From IMG/VR virus record IMGVR_UViG_3300017917_002108, positions 82,605 through 146,604 of that record: a stretch of 64,000 nt of DNA; one strand, given 5' to 3'. Under the pieces are notes generated by a model. The model did not search any database, was not told the origin of the DNA, and saw nothing but the letters and a program-made list of their open reading frames with translations. Within the stretch, counting starts at the first letter, position 1; each line of letters begins with the position of its first letter. Origin of the DNA: a virus. Shown here one piece after another: positions 27,029-36,887 of the stretch. The position numbers and the translations under genes are program-made.

Positions 27029-27375
27029 AGATCAAGTAATTTTTCAACTGTTCTGCTATTTTTAATTTTTTGATATTCTTCGTAATATTCGTAGGTAGAT
27101 GTAAAATACCTATCAAGTATTTCATCTCTAAATTTGGTAAGATCGGGGATTAATATAGGATTGTCGTTTTGATCTACTAGGGGAACATTTTCGGTTCGAT
27201 CCTGATCAATTAACATCTGTACAAAAACTATCAATGATCGATCTATTTTAAATAGACCTCCTTGATAGCCGTAGGTTAATTTAGCATTTATTTTTTCTTT
27301 TAGAGTTTTTCTCTGGATAGACAATGTCTGTCTATAATTGGAAAAGTCTAACGCCTTTTTTAGACGCTCGTCCAT
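27025..27375 (-). CDS. hypothetical protein (possible tail-fibre assembly/accessory protein)
   Basis: 116 aa; AGGAG RBS; follows fibre genes. Confidence 0.7.
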   Translation of the reverse strand: MDERLKKALDFSNYRQTLSIQRKTLKEKINAKLTYGYQGGLFKIDRSLIVFVQMLIDQDRTENVPLVDQNDNPILIPDLTKFRDEILDRYFTSTYEYYEEYQKIKNSRTVEKLLDL

Positions 27376-27380
27376 ACCGT

Positions 27381-27423
27381 CTCCTATAAAATACGCACAT
27401 TATTTATGTGGGATAAAATAGGA
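27381..27423 (-). promoter_or_regulatory. T4-like late promoter (cATAAATA) in the loop of a hairpin that pairs the RBS
   Basis: Minus strand: TCCTAT...CACAT-AAATA-ATGTG...ATAGGAG; TATTTAT at 27401-27407 on +. Confidence 0.6.
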
Positions 27424-27432
27424 AGAAAAAAT

Positions 27433-28350
27433 TTAACTACCGGTAATAGACGAAATGACTGTTGAACTTGGGCCCGAAACGGCAAAACTACCCGAAGTTC
27501 CGGTGGGCTGTAGAACTCCATAGGCTCTAACCGAGTCTACTGTAAGCGAAAGTGTACCATCGACTAGATCGCCCGGAGCAGGAAGTCCGGGATCAGAATA
27601 ATTGTCTATCCAGGTAATTCTAAATGTGATAACATTAGCAGTACCTGTTGAATTATTGGCTGTATTGCAAAGAGCTTCTAGTCTCCAATTATTGGCACTA
27701 TAAGGGCTGCTAGAAGATAATGAATAAAATTGCTGATAACTAGATGTCAACGAATAAAAATTTACGGCACCTGTATTACCACCAAACGGCTGAACTCCTG
27801 CCGAAGATAATAAATTACTCCAAGCAGTATTTTGTGCCACCGAAGTTCCACCTGTCCTCGAACTTGCAAATCTTATTTTGCCACCTGCATTGAAAAAATT
27901 TCTAGCCTTTTCAGCATCGGAAAAAGACACTGTAACTGTACAAGACAAAGAATTTGACCAAGATGCAGATGTAGATTGAGATCCCAGTGCATCTGTTACA
28001 TATTGTCCAGCACCAATATCAAATCTATTAGTTTGTGTTGTTGATGCTAGAGTATCATACTGAGTGTTAGGATTTCCGGCACCGTATCTAATTACATCTG
28101 TATTCTGTACTGTAACCATAGAAGTTGGAGCAGTACCGGTTTGATGCAACAGTGCATTGTAGATGTCGTATCGTAATTGATCCCATTGGGTTTTTGTAAT
28201 TTGATTTCCTACAGACACCGCAGAACTAAAAGTAGTTTGACCATATCCGTAACTAGCGTCTGCACCTGAATACGAAGTACTCATCACTCTAATAATCTTA
28301 CTTCTTATAGAATTATAATCCGTAGCCGAAATTAAATCACCGATTGCCAT
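27433..28350 (-). CDS. virion structural protein (Ser/Thr/Gly-rich)
   Basis: 305 aa, S/T/G-rich, in tail operon. Confidence 0.65.
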   Translation of the reverse strand: MAIGDLISATDYNSIRSKIIRVMSTSYSGADASYGYGQTTFSSAVSVGNQITKTQWDQLRYDIYNALLHQTGTAPTSMVTVQNTDVIRYGAGNPNTQYDTLASTTQTNRFDIGAGQYVTDALGSQSTSASWSNSLSCTVTVSFSDAEKARNFFNAGGKIRFASSRTGGTSVAQNTAWSNLLSSAGVQPFGGNTGAVNFYSLTSSYQQFYSLSSSSPYSANNWRLEALCNTANNSTGTANVITFRITWIDNYSDPGLPAPGDLVDGTLSLTVDSVRAYGVLQPTGTSGSFAVSGPSSTVISSITGS

Positions 28351-28360
28351 AATTTATACC

Positions 28361-30115
28361 TTACAATATTACTGCTTCAATTAGTTTTAAACCTACATCA
28401 TCGCTGCTTTCTAGAGCAATAGCAAACACATCATTCGCATGCGGAACAGCGGCGGTAGCAGCACCATCATTAGATGCTATTAATCTTTGACCTTTTTTCA
28501 CAGATCCAATTACTTTGACCGGAACACGTCCCTTGAGAGCAACATAAACACCCCCTTCGAGATCTTTATTCATCATAAACGCAGGATTAGCACTGATAAC
28601 ACCTATAGCTCTGTCGCCCCAACTGCTGGCTGTGATTTCTTTTTCGCCGCCTATTACAACAACAGTACCTGGTTGATATTCAGCATCTGGTAGATATTTT
28701 TCTGCTAGGTCGGCATATCTTGCAGCAGTAGCAGTTCCATTGAACAATGTAGCAGTTAGATTGCCAGATCCATCTCTAGCTGCAATAGTATCAGCAGTCG
28801 CGGTAGTTTTTGCAGATTTATAAGCAGAAGAATCATCTATCGCGGCATCGTCGATTTTTAGTTTATCTGTTTTGTCTGTGGTGCCAATAAATCTATTAGC
28901 TGTAATATTAGCAGAGGTGTCTCTTAAGGCAATAGATGTTGCTACAGCACCAAGTTCTCCCACTAGACTATTGAGTGTAGTAGCGTTTGAAGCTGTTCCT
29001 GTAACTGAACCGATAACATTTCCGTTTAATGTCCCAGTAAAACTACCTATAAAGGTCTGTGTGGCTGCATTAAATGCCACCGTGTCGTCGTTGGCTCTAA
29101 CATTTCCCTTATGGATACCTGTGCTATTTCCTGTGATATTTCCTGTGACATTACCGATAAGTGTGGTTGCATATATATTAGCATACTTACTAGCGGTACT
29201 TCCGATATTAAAAAAGTCTGTTGTACCTGGTAATATAGCACTAGGAGTGAATATAGCAACGTTTCTTAGATCGCTATCACTTACACGTATTCTTATAGCT
29301 ATAGTATTACCTAAACGATTCTCTATTACAGGTTCATCACCATTTTCTACCCTAAATCGTATATCGTTTTGATCACCTAGTGTGAAACCTGCATCATTAA
29401 ATGAAATTTCTTGTTCAAATGCAACTTCGCCTAGTCTGACAAAATCACTGGCTAGGTATCCGCCTAGTCTTGCTGAGTTTGATGCAGTACCCCAAAAATA
29501 ATGATCGGTACTAGTAACACCAGTACTACCATTAGTATTAACTAGATTAAAACCTTTTTTGAGGATAGTGAAACCTGTGATAGGATTGATATCACTGTCT
29601 AGTGTAAATGCATCTTTACTGACTATTCCGATAACCTCGCCGCCCGAAAACAGCTTCATAATAGTGTGGTTAGTGCCTACATTATCTTTAACAACCTGAG
29701 AAGCAACTGTACTAGCACCCAAATCAGGTGCTGCTTCTGGTCCGATGAGAATGAATTCTGTACCGTTATAGGTATATAATTGTTCTGCACTGGTGTCAAA
29801 CCACATATCACCTAGTTGTAAACCAGTAGGAGCGGTTGGTCCTACTTCTGCACCGCTGGCTGTTCTATATCTAATACCGTCGTAGAAACGCAGTTTTTTA
29901 GTACCGCTATCAAACCAAATCTGTCCAGAAAGAGATTTAGGTGGTTGTGTAGTGTTTGAAAAATTCTCTAGTAGATGTAGGAAGTTTTCGTTCTGTACTT
30001 CACCATATCCGGCGTAATTTTTACCTACAAATCGTAGATCAGTAGTGGTGTCAATGGTGCCGTCGTCTACAGAGACTAAAAACGTTCCATTATATCTGTC
30101 TACTTGATATGCCAT
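28361..30115 (-). CDS. tail fibre/spike protein with C-terminal intramolecular chaperone-like (peptidase G2-type) domain
   Basis: Shared N-terminus GKNY.GYGE.QNENF..LENF; GNVTGN repeats; ARYADLAE...GVIS.NPA..MN..VAL.GRVPVKV. Confidence 0.7.
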   Translation of the reverse strand: MAYQVDRYNGTFLVSVDDGTIDTTTDLRFVGKNYAGYGEVQNENFLHLLENFSNTTQPPKSLSGQIWFDSGTKKLRFYDGIRYRTASGAEVGPTAPTGLQLGDMWFDTSAEQLYTYNGTEFILIGPEAAPDLGASTVASQVVKDNVGTNHTIMKLFSGGEVIGIVSKDAFTLDSDINPITGFTILKKGFNLVNTNGSTGVTSTDHYFWGTASNSARLGGYLASDFVRLGEVAFEQEISFNDAGFTLGDQNDIRFRVENGDEPVIENRLGNTIAIRIRVSDSDLRNVAIFTPSAILPGTTDFFNIGSTASKYANIYATTLIGNVTGNITGNSTGIHKGNVRANDDTVAFNAATQTFIGSFTGTLNGNVIGSVTGTASNATTLNSLVGELGAVATSIALRDTSANITANRFIGTTDKTDKLKIDDAAIDDSSAYKSAKTTATADTIAARDGSGNLTATLFNGTATAARYADLAEKYLPDAEYQPGTVVVIGGEKEITASSWGDRAIGVISANPAFMMNKDLEGGVYVALKGRVPVKVIGSVKKGQRLIASNDGAATAAVPHANDVFAIALESSDDVGLKLIEAVIL

Positions 30116-30137
30116 TGATCAACTCCATTATAATAGT

Positions 30138-30144
30138 TATTTAT
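30138..30144 (-). promoter_or_regulatory. T4-like late promoter (gATAAATA)
   Basis: Intergenic, upstream of GGAG RBS and ATG 30115. Confidence 0.6.
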
Positions 30145-30159
30145 CGGAAATAATATCTT

Positions 30160-32250
30160 TTAAATCCTGCCCACTACTACTTCAATAATACCCGAAAAAC
30201 CCTCAAAATCTTCTAGTGCCTTGCCTATAACTGACCCTATTTTAGGGTCTTGTGCAGATTTGGCCTGTCCAAGTCCTGCACTTACTAGCATATCTCCCTT
30301 GCATATCTTTCCTGTTACCTTGCAAAACACTCTACCCTGTAGTGCTAGGGGGACTACTGTTTGCCCTTGGAGCATGCTGTTCATTAAATATGCAGGATTA
30401 CTCGATACTACACCTGCAATTTTTCTAGTCTCGTTGGCGGCTAAAGTTACTTCTTGATCACCACCAAATTCTAATACAGTTCCAGCTTCATATATGTTAT
30501 CGGCCAGATAATTTTCTGCTAAATCTGCATATCTTGCCGATGTAGCTGTACCTATAAAACTATTTGCACCAACATCAATGTCTTTATTTGCTACCCATTT
30601 ATCACCAGAAGTAGCATAAACAAAAGAAGCATTAGAACCTGCTATGAAAATACCTGCTCCATTTGCATCAGCATTATTATTAGAACCATTGGCCAGTGTG
30701 ATTGTCTTGTCAGCTATTTCAACCTGTGTTGACGAAACTGTTGTTGTAGTTCCTTGTACGGTAAAATTACCAGAAACCACAAAATTTCCGTTGGCTGTTA
30801 TAGTTGCTCCGCCAGTAGTTGGATATAATGCGCTGGCTCTTAGTTCAGATCCATAATAAGAAGTAGCATAAATTTTATTAAAACCTGAGGTATTAGTACC
30901 TATATTGATCGGACTTCCCGAAGGAACTAATGCCGTGGTATTTTCAGCTCCCTGTAATAATGCTGTCGCAGCATTAATAAAGGAAATGTCGGGCCCGGAA
31001 GATCCTAGATCAAAATTCAATGTGCCTGTAGTTGATCTTATAGTAGGAACCGTAGAATCTAGATATATTTTAAGAGGTGCTGTGCCACCAGGATTTCCTA
31101 TGTTGATCGAACCACTGTCACTGACATTAATATAGGACAATGTTCCTAATGTGGTCAGTGCAGAACTTAATATATTTGATGCTAATGATGTACCTGTTAG
31201 AGTATTAGCTGCGGCAGGTACTGTGATGTCTTGTGTTCCATCAAATACAACGCCATTTATACTATGAGAAGATGATAATCTTGTAGCTGAAAATGCATTA
31301 CCGCTAAGTGTGGCTCCCACGAACTCGGTAGCAATTACAGTGTTAAAGGTACTCACACCATTACTAGTTATATCTCCAGCAACATTTCCTATTAAATCTG
31401 CGGTTATAGTTCCTGCAGAAAAATCTCCGGCACTATCTCTTGCAACTACTTTTCCAATTTGATTGCTTGGCGTGGCATCTACTGTCCATGTTATTGTTGT
31501 AGATCCATCAAAATTATTACCGCTTAGATATTCTCCAGCTACAAGATTAGCAGTGGTGCTGGCTTTGATTGTTATGTTGTTCTCTCCGTTAAAGAAAACA
31601 CCATTTATATTTCTGCCTGGTTCTAATTTATTAGCAGAGCTTGCATTGCCTAAGAGATTTCCAACAAAATTTCTATAATTAGTTACGTTAAATCCACCTG
31701 TAATGGTAGGAAATCCAGGTAATAAATTAGAAGAACCCGGCGTAAATGTATCTTTAGATGCAATAGCAATTACTAGATCATCGACAGATAATTCTAAAAT
31801 CGCATGATTTACTCCGCTGGTATCTAGCACTCCTCTGGATCTTATTTTTGTAAGGCCAAAACCTTCTACAGCTTCGGGTCCTATCAATTTCCATACTCCA
31901 GTATCATATACGAATAACTGTTCTGTGGTATTTTTATACCACAGATATCCGTCATAACCTTCAGGTTCAGTGTCGGAAAATGATGCGGAACCTACAGGTG
32001 CCCAAACAGTTCCATCATAGACGTTTAGAGTTTTATTAGAAGTGTCGTACCATATTTGACCAGAAATAGGACGCGATGGTGGAGAACTGTTAGCAAAATT
32101 TTCTAGGATGTGTACAAAATTTTCGTTTTGTACTTCTCCATATCCTGTGTAATTTCTACCAACAAGACCTAAACTTGTGCTAGTATCTAATGTGCCATCT
32201 TCTAGTACTACAAGTTCAGTCCCATCATATCTATTAATTAAATATGCCAT
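30160..32250 (-). CDS. tail fibre protein with C-terminal intramolecular chaperone-like domain
   Basis: Shared N-terminus; INGV.F.G..(N/D)IT fibre motifs; ARYADLAE C-terminal module. Confidence 0.7.
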   Translation of the reverse strand: MAYLINRYDGTELVVLEDGTLDTSTSLGLVGRNYTGYGEVQNENFVHILENFANSSPPSRPISGQIWYDTSNKTLNVYDGTVWAPVGSASFSDTEPEGYDGYLWYKNTTEQLFVYDTGVWKLIGPEAVEGFGLTKIRSRGVLDTSGVNHAILELSVDDLVIAIASKDTFTPGSSNLLPGFPTITGGFNVTNYRNFVGNLLGNASSANKLEPGRNINGVFFNGENNITIKASTTANLVAGEYLSGNNFDGSTTITWTVDATPSNQIGKVVARDSAGDFSAGTITADLIGNVAGDITSNGVSTFNTVIATEFVGATLSGNAFSATRLSSSHSINGVVFDGTQDITVPAAANTLTGTSLASNILSSALTTLGTLSYINVSDSGSINIGNPGGTAPLKIYLDSTVPTIRSTTGTLNFDLGSSGPDISFINAATALLQGAENTTALVPSGSPINIGTNTSGFNKIYATSYYGSELRASALYPTTGGATITANGNFVVSGNFTVQGTTTTVSSTQVEIADKTITLANGSNNNADANGAGIFIAGSNASFVYATSGDKWVANKDIDVGANSFIGTATSARYADLAENYLADNIYEAGTVLEFGGDQEVTLAANETRKIAGVVSSNPAYLMNSMLQGQTVVPLALQGRVFCKVTGKICKGDMLVSAGLGQAKSAQDPKIGSVIGKALEDFEGFSGIIEVVVGRI

Positions 32251-32274
32251 AATCGCCCCTTGAATATTCGTTCA

Positions 32275-34113
32275 TCATGATATAAAAGTCCATGAACCGC
32301 TGATAATTTGATAGGTCTTTACTATTCTTGATACTGATAGATTAGGAGCAGCGATAGTTGCGGTAGAAAAACTAATGTTGTTTAGACCGAATGCTGTGCC
32401 GGTTGGTGTAACAAATTCAGTAGAACTGGTGGCAGTTAAAGGATTAATTTCTAAATTAGTTGTATTGTTCACTAATAGAGAACATAAAATTCTAGCTACT
32501 GTTCCGTTTCTGTATTCAGCAACAGGTGCTATTTGTTCTAACCATGCTGCAATTCCAGAATTTGAAATACCATCCGATATATCAAAAGTAAAAGCCAATG
32601 ATCGTGTTTCTGTTACACTATCTACATATTCTTTGGTAGCAGCATCCTGAGCTAAGGTGGGATCAGCGAGATTAGAAATTTTCTTAGAACCTAAATTCAA
32701 TGTTCCCGTACCATTTATATCTAGTGTAAGATCTGTGTTTGATGCTGTTACCTGGATAGTAGCATCATTCATAAAAATATCATCTACTGTAAATTGGGTT
32801 TGAGCACCAAAAGATGTTACTCCAGGAATACTTGTAATTCCAGGTCCCAATGCTGTTGCAGATAATACAGTAACACCATTAATTTTAAATTCTTTACCAG
32901 ATGCTAGATTGAAATGTTCAGTACTGGTCCATGCTTGGCTAGCCAATGCAGGCAAAGAATCATTGTAACCCGCTGCCAGAGCTTCCGGAGAGGATGATGT
33001 AGCAGCTTGGCCAACATCGTGCCATAAAAGCACATGACTCGATGCTCCTTGTAAGATCAGGCCGCCGCCTGCTGCATTAGAGTCTGTGGGAGTTATTCCT
33101 GTTTGTTTTGCTAATACTAGATTTTTATCTTCTATGGTAACTGTGCTAGTATTGACTGTGATCATATCGCCGTTAACTGTTAGATCTCCATCAACTACTA
33201 AGCTTCCTCCCATATAAACTTCGCTGTCGGCGTAACCATCATACATGACTATACGTCTAGCAAGGGATTCGATCTGGAAAGCAGGTTCAGCAATAACATC
33301 TCGTCTAACATTAAGAATCATATTCTTATTAGAAGCGATGTTGGCTAAGATTAAGTTTCCGTCTTGAACTTGAAACTGCCCTTGATTAGCATCACCAATG
33401 ATCAAACCTAGATTCGAGGAAATAATAATCTGACCATTAATAATATTGGAAGTGTCATTTCTTACATAGGAACTAGCTGACTGATTACCTAATTTGTCTG
33501 AGTTGGTTGCGGTTACATTAAACTTGATTCCTTCCAAGGTGCCGGAATTAAAACCTGGTTGGATACTGCCGCTGAATCCCTCAATAGGCAATTTAGGAGT
33601 AAATGTATCCTTAGAAAAAATACCAATCAATATTCCGTTTGTGTATAAAGATGTTATAACTCTGTTTTGATTTAAGGTATCCAATATGTTTACTACCTTA
33701 AGACCACTTACACCTTGGCTGGCTGAATAATCAGGTCCTAATAAAATCGTGCTTGTGCCGTCAAAGAAATATAATTGCTTGTCAACATCATTAAACCACA
33801 TGTCTCCAACACCTAATGTCAAAGGTTGAGAACTTGCGATTGTAGCCGAGCTCACCGGAACAAAACCGCTACCATTATAAACTTTAAGTTTTAGCTCTGA
33901 AGTATCAAACCATATCTGCCCACGTATAGGATGAACGGGTGCCGACGAATTAGAAAAATTCTCTAATAACTTGATAAGATTTTCATTAAACGCTTCACCA
34001 AATCCACTATAATTTTTTCCGATAAGTGTGATATCTGACGAAAGGCTATCAACCTGACCATCTGCTACCGTTGCTAATATTGTTCCGTCTGTTTTATTGA
34101 TTGTATATGCCAT
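32275..34113 (-). CDS. tail fibre protein
   Basis: Shared N-terminus; GDLTVNG...IEDK; I.NLADP..AQDAATK.YVD fibre motif. Confidence 0.7.
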   Translation of the reverse strand: MAYTINKTDGTILATVADGQVDSLSSDITLIGKNYSGFGEAFNENLIKLLENFSNSSAPVHPIRGQIWFDTSELKLKVYNGSGFVPVSSATIASSQPLTLGVGDMWFNDVDKQLYFFDGTSTILLGPDYSASQGVSGLKVVNILDTLNQNRVITSLYTNGILIGIFSKDTFTPKLPIEGFSGSIQPGFNSGTLEGIKFNVTATNSDKLGNQSASSYVRNDTSNIINGQIIISSNLGLIIGDANQGQFQVQDGNLILANIASNKNMILNVRRDVIAEPAFQIESLARRIVMYDGYADSEVYMGGSLVVDGDLTVNGDMITVNTSTVTIEDKNLVLAKQTGITPTDSNAAGGGLILQGASSHVLLWHDVGQAATSSSPEALAAGYNDSLPALASQAWTSTEHFNLASGKEFKINGVTVLSATALGPGITSIPGVTSFGAQTQFTVDDIFMNDATIQVTASNTDLTLDINGTGTLNLGSKKISNLADPTLAQDAATKEYVDSVTETRSLAFTFDISDGISNSGIAAWLEQIAPVAEYRNGTVARILCSLLVNNTTNLEINPLTATSSTEFVTPTGTAFGLNNISFSTATIAAPNLSVSRIVKTYQIISGSWTFIS

Positions 34114-34123
34114 AGTTTATACC

Positions 34124-36199
34124 TTAGAATGCCGGTGGTCCTGAACGAATAATATAGTTCAATGTAAGGAATGGATTCATCACTGAAAATTCTTGTCCCA
34201 ACGAACCAGATGTTTTAACTCCACCCGAAGATGGTAGATATTGACTTTGTCCTATAGTCGTTGGACCTTTATCTGATAGAGAACCAGTATCACTAGGAAT
34301 GGCGCTATCTACTCTAGTAGAATAATATTGTTGCCCAGTTGACCCTTTCATGCTGTGTTCATGTTCAGGTAAATTATTAACTGTTAAACTATTAGAACTC
34401 TGGCCTCCACTGTCTCCAAGGTTATCTGGTGCTGTTCCTGCTACTCTATCTATGTTGCCGCCTCCGGCATCAATATAGCTACCCAACGAATTCGGAACAG
34501 TATTATTGTTATCCATATTGTCTTTGCCCAAAGGAAATCTTCCTCTTAAATCAGGCAATCTAAACGTACCAACACCATTGAGTGCTATAGAATTATATCT
34601 GTTTCCTAAAACGTCATACAAATCCGGAAACTTTGATCTTTCTACTTCGCTACCATCGCACAAAAGATAACCATATGGTGCTTCTGTACCTGCATATGGT
34701 AATATCCCCCCAATCGGCACTGCTAAATCAGAAACAAATGTATTCCTTGTTTGTTTTAGTAGACCTTCCGTTGATCTGTATACTAAAACATAATCATTCT
34801 TTTTCGATAAGTTAGGTGAAGGTTCGTTTTTAGAACTGATCAACGCAGAAGTTAATGTAGTATTAAAAGTTTTAGTGAGTCCACCGACTTGTCCGTCAAA
34901 TGTGAAACTAGGAGATGTCACATCCCCTTCCATCTTGAAAGTTGTGACAAATTTAAGATTAGTAGAAGTTGCCGAATTTCCTGTAATGTTTCCAGAAAGC
35001 ACTCCCTGAAGGGTTTCAGCAACGACAGTCTTAGCATGGACTGTGTTCCATCGTTTTAATTCTGACCCGACATCATATGTGTCTTTGAGTTTAGGTTGTA
35101 TATTATGGAATTGTGATGTACCTGTGACATCTATTCCATCTCCGACTAATAGGTTTTTAGTAATAGCTGCACCACCGGCGGTAATCAAAGTGCCGTTTTC
35201 AAAATTGGTGCTAGCGGTAGTATCTGTTAATATCAACGATCCATTAGATTTAATATTTCCATCAACGTCTAATGCTTCTGTTGGAGCTGCGACATTTATA
35301 CCTACAGTATTTTCTAAAACTCTAAGAATCGTATTAGGAATGCCATCTCGATTGACCTGTAAATCAATACTAGATCCGGGACTGGCATTATAAATTTTTC
35401 CTGCTATATCGCTGTTAGAAATACTGAAAGTACCGTTAACACCTAAAGTAATGCCTTGATTGTTCCTGACGTTAATTCCGTATTCTGTAGTATTGACAAT
35501 GTCAGATCTTAAAAATTTACTGGCTGCTATCTCTACATTATTAATTGTAAGAGATTCTGCAGAAGTATTGGTTCCCCAAATTTTTGTATCTAATCCTCCC
35601 GTACCAATTTCATTACTGGTAAGATTCATACCTGATTTGATGGAGGTGAATCCACTGATCGATACCTTAGGTGTAAAACTATCTTTACTGAAAATAATTA
35701 CAGGTATGTCTTCAATATAAAAAGTTAAGACCACACGCGAAATATTATCAGAATCTATAATCTGTTCTACCAACGGTCCGCTTCTTAGACCTGTTGAAAA
35801 ATTAGGCCCTACTAAAATCCAACGTGTTCCAGAGAATACATATAACTGTTGATTAGTTGTATCTACCCATAACTCGCCAACTTTAGATGAAGCTACTGCA
35901 GGTTCTACACTGCTCTTCTGGATCTGAGATGCTGCTTTCCAAGTAGTACCATCAAAAACTTGTAGAGACGACACAGCTTCTGAAGAATCATACCATAGTT
36001 GTCCTTCTACTGGGTTTACTGGTGCAGTGCTCTTTGCAAAATTTTCTAATATCGCTAAAAAATTTTCGGCAATGGTTTGACCATATCCCGTAACATTTCG
36101 GCCTGGAAATGTCAAACTGGTATCTGTACTTGATGTATTGTCATACACCGTGATCGGTAATTTATTATCTTTGTCTGTAAAGTTTACGATATATGGCAT
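34124..36199 (-). CDS. tail fibre protein with phage tail collar domain (gp10/gp12-like)
   Basis: VPIGGILPYAG..AP.GYLLCDG...F.LPDLRGRFP.G; LPEHEH; NPFLTLNYII. Confidence 0.85.
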   Translation of the reverse strand: MPYIVNFTDKDNKLPITVYDNTSSTDTSLTFPGRNVTGYGQTIAENFLAILENFAKSTAPVNPVEGQLWYDSSEAVSSLQVFDGTTWKAASQIQKSSVEPAVASSKVGELWVDTTNQQLYVFSGTRWILVGPNFSTGLRSGPLVEQIIDSDNISRVVLTFYIEDIPVIIFSKDSFTPKVSISGFTSIKSGMNLTSNEIGTGGLDTKIWGTNTSAESLTINNVEIAASKFLRSDIVNTTEYGINVRNNQGITLGVNGTFSISNSDIAGKIYNASPGSSIDLQVNRDGIPNTILRVLENTVGINVAAPTEALDVDGNIKSNGSLILTDTTASTNFENGTLITAGGAAITKNLLVGDGIDVTGTSQFHNIQPKLKDTYDVGSELKRWNTVHAKTVVAETLQGVLSGNITGNSATSTNLKFVTTFKMEGDVTSPSFTFDGQVGGLTKTFNTTLTSALISSKNEPSPNLSKKNDYVLVYRSTEGLLKQTRNTFVSDLAVPIGGILPYAGTEAPYGYLLCDGSEVERSKFPDLYDVLGNRYNSIALNGVGTFRLPDLRGRFPLGKDNMDNNNTVPNSLGSYIDAGGGNIDRVAGTAPDNLGDSGGQSSNSLTVNNLPEHEHSMKGSTGQQYYSTRVDSAIPSDTGSLSDKGPTTIGQSQYLPSSGGVKTSGSLGQEFSVMNPFLTLNYIIRSGPPAF

Positions 36200-36201
36200 T
36201 T

Positions 36202-36873
36202 TTATACCTCAACAAAACTTGTGAGACTTTGAATTCTAATAGTGTAATCTATTTGAATTAAACGATTTAAAGATTTTTGTACGGGATGGAATATCACATG
36301 AGTCAATAATTTTCCATCTCCGCTAGGATTGTATGATTTTAATCCTAATTCATCGAAAATAAAATCGCCATTCATAGTCTGGCTGTTATCAAATGCTTCT
36401 TGACCGTCAGGTTCGCCGTAGTCTAAAATACAGGAAATTAAGATGTCGCTGTATGTGGCTCCGCTAATATGTCTTATTTCCATCTTATTTCTTACTGGAT
36501 CTAAATTTGCATCTGCATTCTGATCAATTATTTTAAAATAAGTTTGATTATATAAACTTGTATTAATACCAACAGTATTTGGAGTCAAATAGGTGATTAA
36601 TCCTGTCGGGTCAACGGTTGTGCCTCCGTTTCCAAATACCATTTCATAGATGGTACCCTGTCCTTGATTGGACAAAGCATTTACCATGGCTATACTCATA
36701 TTTTCATAATGTATAGCATTGCGTTTATCTATAAAAACTTCTTGTGTTTCTGGGTCAAAAATCTTAATATGCCCTTCAAAATGGACTCCTCCGATCTCGT
36801 TAGGGCGTTTTTCGGCGATTTTTGCTTGTTCCGATTCAATATTTTTGGGCATATTAGTCTCTGGCTTTGTCAT
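36202..36873 (-). CDS. baseplate/virion structural protein
   Basis: 223 aa between giant baseplate gene and fibres; FDELGL..LLTHVIFHPVQKS..R.IQIDYT. Confidence 0.65.
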   Translation of the reverse strand: MTKPETNMPKNIESEQAKIAEKRPNEIGGVHFEGHIKIFDPETQEVFIDKRNAIHYENMSIAMVNALSNQGQGTIYEMVFGNGGTTVDPTGLITYLTPNTVGINTSLYNQTYFKIIDQNADANLDPVRNKMEIRHISGATYSDILISCILDYGEPDGQEAFDNSQTMNGDFIFDELGLKSYNPSGDGKLLTHVIFHPVQKSLNRLIQIDYTIRIQSLTSFVEV

Positions 36874-36880
36874 AATAGTG

Positions 36881-36887
36881 TATTTAT
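36881..36887 (-). promoter_or_regulatory. T4-like late promoter (aATAAATA) overlapping stop codon of giant gene
   Basis: 7 nt before ATG 36873. Confidence 0.6.
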
